From: Candidatus Geddesella stercoravicola
Lineage (GTDB): Bacteria > Bacillota > Clostridia > Oscillospirales > UBA644
Length of the DNA: 46,646 bases
Assembly (NCBI GenBank): GCA_904398665.1
Contig: CAJFPG010000016.1
Coordinates: forward strand, 1 to 46,646
Direction of reading: 5' to 3'
Shown: positions 34,932 to 42,635 of the stretch, one piece after another
Layout of the letters: each line of letters starts with the position of its first letter
Position numbering within the stretch: the first letter of the stretch is position 1
The notes under the pieces: model-generated
Told to the model about the DNA's origin: nothing
The model's input: only the letters and a program-made list of their open reading frames with translations
Database searches by the model: none
Position numbers and translations under genes: made by a program

Positions 34932-36168
34932 TATCTGCCTCCACTTTTTCCCTGAATGTGTCGGGATTGTCTTTATCGAAAGGTTCGTTCGCCCACATTA
35001 AGGTAATGAGATTTTCTGTTTTGCTGGCGTTTATGATATTGTGAGTATAACCCGGAAGAATATGTACAGCTTTCAATTCCTCTCCCGAAACCTCGAATCT
35101 AAGTATTTTGTCGGAACCGATTTTTCTTTGTTCTATAATTCCGCGTCCCGATACGACGACAAACAATTCCCACTTAGTGTTATGCCAGTGTTCTCCTTTT
35201 GTTTTTCCGGGTTTGGAAACGTTTATTGAAAACTGTCCGCAGTTTCGCGTTTTCATTATTTCGGAAAAGCTCCCTCTTTCGTCCGCGTTTGTTCTTAGGG
35301 GAACGGCGATTTTATTTTCCGGGAGATACGAAAGATAAGTCGAATATAGCTTTTTTTCAAAAGATTTCGGAGGGAGTTCCGGCATAAGAAGAGTTTCGGG
35401 CTGTTTTGCGAATCGGTCCAAAAGCCCCGCTATTTCCCCGAGCGTTTTTTTGTATGTCGGTGTCGCCGCGTAAAATTTTCTTCTTTCCGCCGTTTTTCTC
35501 TTGTTTTCATCTCCAAAAGCCGCTTTTATTCCTTCTTCCTCAAAATCTTGACAGTGTCCCTTGCCTTCGAGCGCGTCGAGCATTTCGTTTACAAGGTCAT
35601 CTATATACAAAAGCTCAAGTTCCGTATTTTTATCGTTTATAAATATAGGTAAGTCGTTTGCTTTATTGTGACAGAAAGTCGCCACCGCCGAGTTATAGTT
35701 CGGCCTGCACCATTTCCCGAAAAGATTGGGGAATCTGTAAACGAGAACATCAGCTCCGGATTCCTCTCCGTATTTAAAGAAAAGTTCTTCTTCTTCAAGT
35801 TTGCTTTTCCCGTAATCGCTGCCTTTAAATCTTCCGAGGAGCGTCGCCTGAACGGAAGACGCGACGACAATAGGGCAACGATTTTTGTGTTTTTTTAAGA
35901 AAGAAATAAGAACGGAAGAAAACCCGACGTTGCCCTCTGTAAATTCTTTCGAATTTTTCGGACGGTTGACACCGGCGAAATGGAAAACGAAAGAGGCCTC
36001 TTTGCAGAATTTGTCAAGTAACGACGGTTCTGTGTTTTTATCGAACTCAAAAATTTCGTCTATTACAAGATTAGGGCGAGAAAAGTTTTTTTTGTTTTGT
36101 ATATTTTTTAAATTTTCTACAAGATTTTTCCCAACGAATCCGGAGGCTCCCGTAACCAGTATTTTCAT
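34915..36168 (-). CDS. fnlB: Bifunctional reductase/epimerase of the L-FucNAc pathway (FnlB/CapF/WbjC type: SDR plus C-terminal cupin)
   Basis: MKILVTGASGFVGKNL.., ..YR.PNLFGKWCRPNYNS..ATFC.., ..LYSTYLSYLP.., ..RGSF.E..K....GQ.S.N.SKPG.TKG.HWH.TK.E.F.VV.G. are as in CapF. ATGA overlap with fnlA. Confidence 0.9.
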   Translation of the reverse strand: MKILVTGASGFVGKNLVENLKNIQNKKNFSRPNLVIDEIFEFDKNTEPSLLDKFCKEASFVFHFAGVNRPKNSKEFTEGNVGFSSVLISFLKKHKNRCPIVVASSVQATLLGRFKGSDYGKSKLEEEELFFKYGEESGADVLVYRFPNLFGKWCRPNYNSAVATFCHNKANDLPIFINDKNTELELLYIDDLVNEMLDALEGKGHCQDFEEEGIKAAFGDENKRKTAERRKFYAATPTYKKTLGEIAGLLDRFAKQPETLLMPELPPKSFEKKLYSTYLSYLPENKIAVPLRTNADERGSFSEIMKTRNCGQFSINVSKPGKTKGEHWHNTKWELFVVVSGRGIIEQRKIGSDKILRFEVSGEELKAVHILPGYTHNIINASKTENLITLMWANEPFDKDNPDTFREKVEADNGKQN

Positions 36169-37217
36169 AACTTTTCCCCGTTTTCCGAGAGCCTGTTTTT
36201 TATATATTCGAGCTCCGAGATTTTTTCTTTTGTTTCCTCTAATGTCAGCAGGCGGGTGTTTTGAGAGCTGAATTCCTCAATCGTGTTGAGAGATGCGTCT
36301 CCTTCTTTGAAATATTTGTCGTAGTTAAGGCTTCTTTTATCGCACGGAACTCGATAAAAATTACCCATATCGACGGCTGTCGCGCATTCTTCGTTGGTGA
36401 GTAGCGTTTCGTAAATTTTTTCACCGTGCCGTATTCCTATTATTTTTATATTTTTTTTATCATATCCGAAGAGTTCGCATACGGCCTCCGCCTGAGTTTG
36501 TATCGTGCAGGCGGGAGCTTTTTGCACCAATATATCTCCCGAGACACCTTTTTCAAAAGCGAATAAGACGAGATCGACCGCTTCGTCGAGAGACATGATA
36601 AATCTCGTCATCTTCGGGTCCGTCACTGTCAATGGTTGTCCGCTTTGTATTTGGTCTATCCACAGCGGGATTACCGAGCCTCGTGAACACATGACGTTCC
36701 CGTAACGCGTACAGCATATTTTTGTTTTTTCGGGGGATACGGTCCTTGACTTCGCTATAATGACCTTTTCCATCATTGCCTTTGATGTCCCCATAGCGTT
36801 TACGGGATACGCCGCCTTGTCTGTTGACAGACATACGACGGTTTTGACCCCGGCGTCTATCGCCGCCGTAAGAACATTTTCGGTCCCGAGAACATTTGTC
36901 TTTACCGCTTCTATCGGGAAGAACTCACAGGAAGGAACTTGTTTTAAAGCGGCGGCGTGAAAGATATAGTCGACGCCGTACATCGCGTTTTTGACTGAGG
37001 ACAGGTCTCTCACGTCACCGATATAAAATTTTATCTTATCGGCGAAAGCCGGCATTTTCGCCTGAAAATTATGACGCATATCGTCCTGCTTTTTCTCATC
37101 ACGGGAAAATATTCTTATTTCCCCGATATCCGTCGGGAGAAATCTTTTTAGGACAGCGTTCCCGAAAGAGCCGGTGCCTCCCGTGATAAGTAAAGTTTTG
37201 TCAGTGAATAATCCCAT
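36165..37217 (-). CDS. fnlA: UDP-GlcNAc 4,6-dehydratase/5-epimerase (FnlA/CapE/WbjB type)
   Basis: ..DKTLLITGGTGSFGNAVLKRFL...I.EIRIFSRDEKKQDDMR... matches the CapE/FnlA N-terminus; 350 aa. Confidence 0.92.
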   Translation of the reverse strand: MGLFTDKTLLITGGTGSFGNAVLKRFLPTDIGEIRIFSRDEKKQDDMRHNFQAKMPAFADKIKFYIGDVRDLSSVKNAMYGVDYIFHAAALKQVPSCEFFPIEAVKTNVLGTENVLTAAIDAGVKTVVCLSTDKAAYPVNAMGTSKAMMEKVIIAKSRTVSPEKTKICCTRYGNVMCSRGSVIPLWIDQIQSGQPLTVTDPKMTRFIMSLDEAVDLVLFAFEKGVSGDILVQKAPACTIQTQAEAVCELFGYDKKNIKIIGIRHGEKIYETLLTNEECATAVDMGNFYRVPCDKRSLNYDKYFKEGDASLNTIEEFSSQNTRLLTLEETKEKISELEYIKNRLSENGEKL

Positions 37218-37308
37218 AGTAACCTCTTGTTTTTATTGTTTTTAATAATTTTTATTTCCGAACCGACAGCTTTAAATCTTAAATATTTAAATAGAACGAT
37301 AAAAAACG

Positions 37309-37344
37309 GCAAAACCAACAGCAAAACCAACGGCAAAGCCGAAA
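37309..37344. repeat. Tandem repeat, 3 x 12 bp (GCAAAACCAACA / GCAAAACCAACG / GCAAAGCCGAAA)
   Basis: Read directly, in the spacer that splits the glycan locus upstream of fnlA. Confidence 0.85.
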
Positions 37345-37485
37345 AAGAAATTTTCTCAAATTTCTCAGAATATATCAGAATATAAAGGTAAAGACGAAAA
37401 AAAATTTTTTCTTCCTTCTTTGTAAAAAAAACGGTTCGATATCTTGTTTATAAATAGTAATGGCTCCGAATTTCCGATTTATTCG

Positions 37486-38643
37486 TTATTTTTTTCTTAT
37501 TATACGGGTCGCTTTTGTATAGAGCCTTTTAAAAAACGGACTTTTTGAGTATTTTTTTATTGACGGATAAAAGCCTTTTTTTAGATTTTCGAAAAACTTT
37601 TCTCTGTTGCGATGCCTCGGAGTCGGATGAAGAAGCGCCGAGTTTCCGGCGGTCGCTTCGCTTTCGGATATCGGGAAAAGTTCCATGTTTCCCTCTTTAT
37701 AAATTCTTTCAAGCAGTTTTTCTCCTTTGTCGGAATTTATTATTATGAGGGAGACTCCGGTTTCGGGGTTCAGCCTGTTATCGGTTTTTTCCGCTCCCCA
37801 TCCGTCGCCGAGCGTAATATCCCCGGGTCTGTTTAAGTTTGCGAATGGACATTTAAGACATGATTTTCTAAAAAACAGCCGAGAATAATACGCTCTCAAA
37901 AAAGGGTCTTTTTTCGCGTCTGTAATTATTTCTTTTCCGTTTTCGAAGGTGATTTTGGCGGATCGGGTATTGATTCTCCCTTTAAGGGGCTCTTTGTTGC
38001 GGAAAGAATATTCTTTGATTTTGTTTTTGTGTGTTTTTTCGGTTTCTTCGATATAAATATCAAACAGCTTTTGACCGGGGCCTCCGTGGCAGACCAGATC
38101 TATTGTAAAGAGGTTTTCGGAAGGTTTAGTGAGAAAATTTTTGAGCGCCTCGACTTGGCACGGAGTAGAGACAAAAAGCACTTTTTCCCCCTGAGAAAGC
38201 ATGTTTTTTATTTTAGAAAAACATCTGTTTGTGTCGCTCAATATATATTTTGATTTTCTGAATTTTTCAAAGTCTTTCTCGTTGTCCGCGAAAGAGTTAA
38301 CGACTTTTAAGCCGTTCCACTTGACTCCGCATACGGTATATCCGTCTTTTAAAAGAATTTTTCCCACGGAGGAAAATGCCCCTCCCGAAGAACTTTTGAA
38401 GACAGTTTCCTTATTTTTATGTACTCCGAAAAATATACTTTTCGGAGTAATTTTGTTTTCCCTCGGTTTATTAAACGGGCAAACATTCTCGCATTTTTTG
38501 CAGGAGACGCATTTTGAGAGGTCTATTTTCGGAAACAAGAAGGTTTCGTTGTTTTCCGCGAAAGATATGCAATTTGTCGGACAGACCTCGACGCAAGCGC
38601 CGCAACCGCAGCACTCTGATTCTGTTCCGGATATCAAAAACAT
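37486..38643 (-). CDS. Ferredoxin-fused FrhB/FdhB-family (coenzyme F420 hydrogenase beta-like) Fe-S flavoprotein, copy 1
   Basis: Two CxxCxxCxxxCP motifs (CCGCGACVEVCP, CVSCKKCENVCP), then SSSGGAFS, ..VLFVSTPCQVEAL.., ..IDLVCHGGP.., ..RKSCLKCPF..GDITLGDGWGAE. GGGAGG RBS. Confidence 0.8.
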   Translation of the reverse strand: MFLISGTESECCGCGACVEVCPTNCISFAENNETFLFPKIDLSKCVSCKKCENVCPFNKPRENKITPKSIFFGVHKNKETVFKSSSGGAFSSVGKILLKDGYTVCGVKWNGLKVVNSFADNEKDFEKFRKSKYILSDTNRCFSKIKNMLSQGEKVLFVSTPCQVEALKNFLTKPSENLFTIDLVCHGGPGQKLFDIYIEETEKTHKNKIKEYSFRNKEPLKGRINTRSAKITFENGKEIITDAKKDPFLRAYYSRLFFRKSCLKCPFANLNRPGDITLGDGWGAEKTDNRLNPETGVSLIIINSDKGEKLLERIYKEGNMELFPISESEATAGNSALLHPTPRHRNREKFFENLKKGFYPSIKKYSKSPFFKRLYTKATRIIRKK

Positions 38644-38659
38644 AGTTTTCCTCCCGATT

Positions 38660-39073
38660 TTATTGCAGTTTTTCGTTCAAAATTGTTGAGGAAACACCGT
38701 TTGTGTGAGGAAAATAAACAATATCGCAATTTACTTTTCGGAGTTTCTCTTCTATGTTATTATAAAGACATGAACCCTTCCAATCATCCCCGTGGAACAG
38801 TACGTCAAAACGATATTTCTCCCATGCTTCGAGTTTGTCGAGGGTCATCTGAGGAACTACCATATCTACGTATTTTATCGCTTCGACTATCTCTTTTCTT
38901 TCATCGTAAGGAACTATCGGTGTTTTGTGTTTATATGATTCGACAAGCTCGTCAGTGCTTACTCCGACGATCAGAAAGTCGCATTGTTCTTTTGCTTTTT
39001 TAAGGATATTGAGATGTCCGATGTGAAATAGATCGAAAACCCCGGTTGTATAGCCTTTTTTATAGTGTTTCAT
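38660..39073 (-). CDS. tagD: Glycerol-3-phosphate cytidylyltransferase (TagD/TarD-like)
   Basis: The start is probably ATG 39073 (MKHYKKGYTTGVFDLFHIGH), ~9 nt after AGGAGA; ATG 39079 is an alternative. HxGH motif FHIGH, ..VGVSTDE.., ..GDDW.G.., C-terminal ..HTNGVSST (RTxGISTT-like). Resembles B. subtilis TagD throughout. Confidence 0.88.
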   Translation of the reverse strand: MKHYKKGYTTGVFDLFHIGHLNILKKAKEQCDFLIVGVSTDELVESYKHKTPIVPYDERKEIVEAIKYVDMVVPQMTLDKLEAWEKYRFDVLFHGDDWKGSCLYNNIEEKLRKVNCDIVYFPHTNGVSSTILNEKLQ

Positions 39074-39929
39074 CTGCATCGTCTCCTGTAACGATCGTTT
39101 TTTCCCTGTCGGCGTTTGCGGCGGCCGTATCAAAGCATATTCTTTGCGGGCTGTGAGTAATTTGCTTTTCTTTCGGCGGAATCTTCATATATTCTTCCCC
39201 GTATAATCTTGTCAAGAAATATTCATAATCGTTCGGAACGTTATATTCTTTATTTTCAAAAAACAACTTTTTGGGAACTCCGTATATTTTTTTTGGCATA
39301 GTTTGCTTTATGTGGCCGTAATTGCTCGCGTAATTGACGTAAAAATCGTAACCTTTACCGTTTTCCTTTTTCATCAGCGCCGTTTGTTTTTTCGATAGTT
39401 CGGCGATGGAATACCTCCGGAGACAGAATTTTCTGATCTTTACCCAAAAAGGAACTTTTTCTCTTGTTTTTATCCCTATTCTTGAAATCATTTCGGAAGA
39501 AAGGAGCTTGATTTTTAAAGCTCGGAATCGTTTTATGAGGGAGTTTTCTTTTTTTGTGTCGTCAAGAGGAAAAATGTCAACGAAAATTTCTTTCGAAACG
39601 TTCAGATCAACAAGATTTTTTTCCTCGAACAACGTATTTTTTTTTCTTACTTTCGCGAAAGGAAGCCAGTAATTTTTATCGGTTTGGGGACAATGCAGAT
39701 AGAAACGTTCGTCAAGTTCCGAAAGGCAGATATCGCGAAATCTCTCATAATCGTTTCTCGGCATAGCGACGTCGATGTCGTCGTCCCATGGAATAAATCC
39801 TCTGTGCCGTACGGCCCCCAGAAGCGTTCCTCCCGCGAGATAATAGACTATCGAATGTTTTTCGCAAAGTCTGTCGATTTCTTCCAGAATTTCTGTTTCG
39901 GTTTGTTGAAGTTTTTGCAGATATGACAT
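39060..39929 (-). CDS. licD: LicD-family phosphotransferase (transfers a phospho-alcohol from a CDP-activated donor)
   Basis: ..YYLAGGTLLGAVRH.GFIPWDDDIDVAMPR.DYE.F.. is the LicD nucleotidyltransferase-fold signature. Confidence 0.85.
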   Translation of the reverse strand: MSYLQKLQQTETEILEEIDRLCEKHSIVYYLAGGTLLGAVRHRGFIPWDDDIDVAMPRNDYERFRDICLSELDERFYLHCPQTDKNYWLPFAKVRKKNTLFEEKNLVDLNVSKEIFVDIFPLDDTKKENSLIKRFRALKIKLLSSEMISRIGIKTREKVPFWVKIRKFCLRRYSIAELSKKQTALMKKENGKGYDFYVNYASNYGHIKQTMPKKIYGVPKKLFFENKEYNVPNDYEYFLTRLYGEEYMKIPPKEKQITHSPQRICFDTAAANADREKTIVTGDDADETL

Positions 39930-39981
39930 ATTTCCCTCTTAAAATTAAAAATAAAATATAAAGATTTTTTTCATATGAATC

Positions 39982-41112
39982 TTATTTGAATAATTTATAG
40001 ATTTTTCTTTTTAGTCTGGGGATAAATTCCGACGAGCAATATTTTTTTAATACTTTGTCTATGTCTTGTTTTTTTATGTCTTTCATAAAATTTTTTGTAA
40101 GTGAGTTTATTTTAGCTTTTTTATAATATGATTGATTCTTTTTTAACGCTGCTTCTTTATTGACTTCTATCATAAAAGCAGAAGTTTGAAGAATTGCAAG
40201 TTCCTTTTTCCCTTTTTCAGAATGTGTTATAACAAGAGAAATTCCTTTTTCTACTTCTTCCTTTTCAAAAACATCCTCGGCTCCCCAATAGTCCGCGAGA
40301 GTTATATCGCTTTTATAAGCGTTGTTTTTTATTTCGCAATTGTAACATGACGGTCGGAGAAAAAGATTATTTACAAACCCTCTTAGATAAAAATTATTTT
40401 TTATGCTTTCATTGAAAGTCTTTCCGTTTTCAAATTCAATAAATAGCGAATATTCTTTTGTTTTGTCTGTTTTTTTTCTGAAAGACACCGCTTTTGTTTT
40501 AGCTCCCGCTTCTTTTTCTCTGGCTTCTATATATTTTTCCCAAACAAGCGGAGAGGGAACTCCGTGGCATATAACGTCTATTGTTAATAAGTTTTTTTTC
40601 ATTGAATCGGGTATAAAAGCCGATAGCCCGGCCACTTGACATGGAGTTCCGCTGAAAAGTACGTTTTTTCCTTCTAAGAGAAATTTTTTAACGTCAGAAA
40701 AAGTTTGTCCCGTTTGACTTTGAAGATATTTTGAACCTCTGAGAAAACGTAAGTCTTGTTCATTTTTTATTGCTATATGTTTCGCGCTTTTAAAGTCTTC
40801 GGCCATAGCGCATCCTATGACAATTCCGTTATTGGAAAGATATTTTTGCGCGAATAAAGAGAAAATCCCTCCGGAAGAACTATTTTTCCTTATGTTTTCA
40901 TCTTTCGCGTAAGCCGCTATAATAAATGGTTCTTCATATTTTTTTGAGGATGATAATTGCGGGCATATTTTTTCGCAATTATGACAATCGATACAAACGG
41001 AATAATCGATAGAGGGATATAGAAATCCGTTTTCTTTTTTCATAGATATGGCTTTTTTAGGACATATATTGAGACATGCCGAACATCCTGAGCATAGATT
41101 TTTGGGAATCAT
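39982..41112 (-). CDS. Ferredoxin-fused FrhB/FdhB-family Fe-S flavoprotein, copy 2
   Basis: CSGCSACLNICP and CIDCHNCEKICP, then SSSGGIFS, ..VLFSGTPCQVAGL.., ..IDVICHGVP.., ..RPSCYNCE..SDITLADYWGAE. ATGA overlap with wzx. Confidence 0.8.
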   Translation of the reverse strand: MIPKNLCSGCSACLNICPKKAISMKKENGFLYPSIDYSVCIDCHNCEKICPQLSSSKKYEEPFIIAAYAKDENIRKNSSSGGIFSLFAQKYLSNNGIVIGCAMAEDFKSAKHIAIKNEQDLRFLRGSKYLQSQTGQTFSDVKKFLLEGKNVLFSGTPCQVAGLSAFIPDSMKKNLLTIDVICHGVPSPLVWEKYIEAREKEAGAKTKAVSFRKKTDKTKEYSLFIEFENGKTFNESIKNNFYLRGFVNNLFLRPSCYNCEIKNNAYKSDITLADYWGAEDVFEKEEVEKGISLVITHSEKGKKELAILQTSAFMIEVNKEAALKKNQSYYKKAKINSLTKNFMKDIKKQDIDKVLKKYCSSEFIPRLKRKIYKLFK

Positions 41113-42635
41113 TTTTCTCTCCGAAAAAATATCTTTTTTATTTTATTTCTTTCTTTTTCAGTGGCTCCGAAGGCCATGTATCCTATTCCGAAAACAATTA
41201 CGAAAGTAAATCCGGAAACCAGGAAAGAAAGAATAGTGTTTTCGATAAAATATCCGGCGGCAAATCCGGCCGCGGCGCCGATAATTTGATATATGAGAAT
41301 TCCTTTTAATGCGTGGCGAAACATGTACGGAATATTTATTTTTAAATTTTTCATGTAATAAATATTCATAATTATGACTTGTCCTATTATTGTGCAGATA
41401 CATGTCGCGACGGCGGCGCCGAACATCCCCCAAATATCAATCAAAAATATTGTGAGAATAATATTTGAAATAGTCGTTATAATAAGAGCGCAAGATCTTA
41501 TTATTCGTTTATTGAGATAATTTAAAACATTTATAAGAACGCCGTTAATCGTATTAAAAAATTCGGGAATCATTAAAATTATGGCGATTAACCACGCGGC
41601 TTGATTTTCTTTTCCGTAAAGTAAATTTATGAACGGTTTCCCGGCCGCGATAAATCCGAAAAGTACTGTACCTCCTATCATGGCGGTTAATCTACATGGC
41701 GAAATAAGTTTTTTCATTAATTCCTGTTTTTGTATTCCGCGGCTCATATCCATTGATACTTGCGGCGCGTACATTGAAATAGGAATTGTTGATAACGAAG
41801 AGAAAATCATGTAAATATAAAGCGCTACCGAGTAAAGGGTCACGTCTGCCGGAGTCATTTTTATTCCGATAATAAACTTATCGACGTTATTGTTCGCTTG
41901 ATTGACTATTGTTTGTAAAAAGATAGCTAAGCACAGTGGGAGAGAAGTTTTAAAAATAGTTTTCTCAAAATTAAATTTTCCGAATGTGACGTCAAGCTTC
42001 TTTTTACAATAAAAGATTGAGAAAATGAGTAAAATTACGCTGATGAAGAAATCAATAGCCGCTATCGCGATTGAGCGTTTAAAAAATATTATTATAATAA
42101 TGAGAAGAATTGTACGAAGCAGTATCCTTGTAATATTTTGAATCGATACAAAAGAATATTTTTCAAATCCGAGAGCGATTCCCTTTATTGCTTGTAAATA
42201 GAATGAAATGACAAGATGTCCCGAAATTAAGATAAAAATATTTTTTGCCGAGCTAATTTGAGATACCGTCATCGAGTTCGAATATAACGCATCTATACAA
42301 AAATAAAATATAACCGAAAAAAGAATTATGACAAGAGCCAAAATATGTGACACTGTCCAAAGCGTCGATATATTTTTGTCAAGTTTTTCCTTCCCGGAGT
42401 TTTGTCCTCGACAAGCCGATATATTTCTGGTCATAACCGTCCCGACTCCAAATTCGAGAAGTACCAGATAATTAGCGAAGGACGATATCGTTTGATATAT
42501 ACCGTACTCGGTTCCTCCGAGGCTTTTTATTAGGAAAGAGGACAGGAAAACTCCGCATATCATATTGAGAATATTATATACGTATGATAGAGTTATTCCG
42601 GAACTCCGAGTATTCAATGATTTTAGAAGTTTCAT
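41109..42635 (-). CDS. wzx: Wzx-type oligosaccharide flippase (MOP superfamily polysaccharide biosynthesis protein)
   Basis: 508 aa with ~12-14 hydrophobic helices. The N-terminus (..SYVYNILNMICGVFLSSFLIKSLGGTEYGIYQ..) is typical of Wzx/RfbX. Located in a glycan locus. Confidence 0.8.
   Translation of the reverse strand: MKLLKSLNTRSSGITLSYVYNILNMICGVFLSSFLIKSLGGTEYGIYQTISSFANYLVLLEFGVGTVMTRNISACRGQNSGKEKLDKNISTLWTVSHILALVIILFSVIFYFCIDALYSNSMTVSQISSAKNIFILISGHLVISFYLQAIKGIALGFEKYSFVSIQNITRILLRTILLIIIIIFFKRSIAIAAIDFFISVILLIFSIFYCKKKLDVTFGKFNFEKTIFKTSLPLCLAIFLQTIVNQANNNVDKFIIGIKMTPADVTLYSVALYIYMIFSSLSTIPISMYAPQVSMDMSRGIQKQELMKKLISPCRLTAMIGGTVLFGFIAAGKPFINLLYGKENQAAWLIAIILMIPEFFNTINGVLINVLNYLNKRIIRSCALIITTISNIILTIFLIDIWGMFGAAVATCICTIIGQVIIMNIYYMKNLKINIPYMFRHALKGILIYQIIGAAAGFAAGYFIENTILSFLVSGFTFVIVFGIGYMAFGATEKERNKIKKIFFRREK

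Noticed and set aside
37355-37385. A dif-like XerCD site (TTTCTCAGAATATATCAGAATATAAAGG resembles the left half of B. subtilis dif).
   Set aside because: Only the left arm and central region are similar. The conserved XerD arm (..TATGTAAACT-like) is absent. The sequence is better explained as a local tandem duplication (CAGAATATA x2).
39074-39133. The longer TagD start (MIRPPQTPTGKKRSLQET..).
   Set aside because: The extension is non-conserved, overlaps licD by 74 nt and lacks an RBS. The AGGAGA-preceded ATGs at 39079 and 39073 fit the TagD N-terminus.
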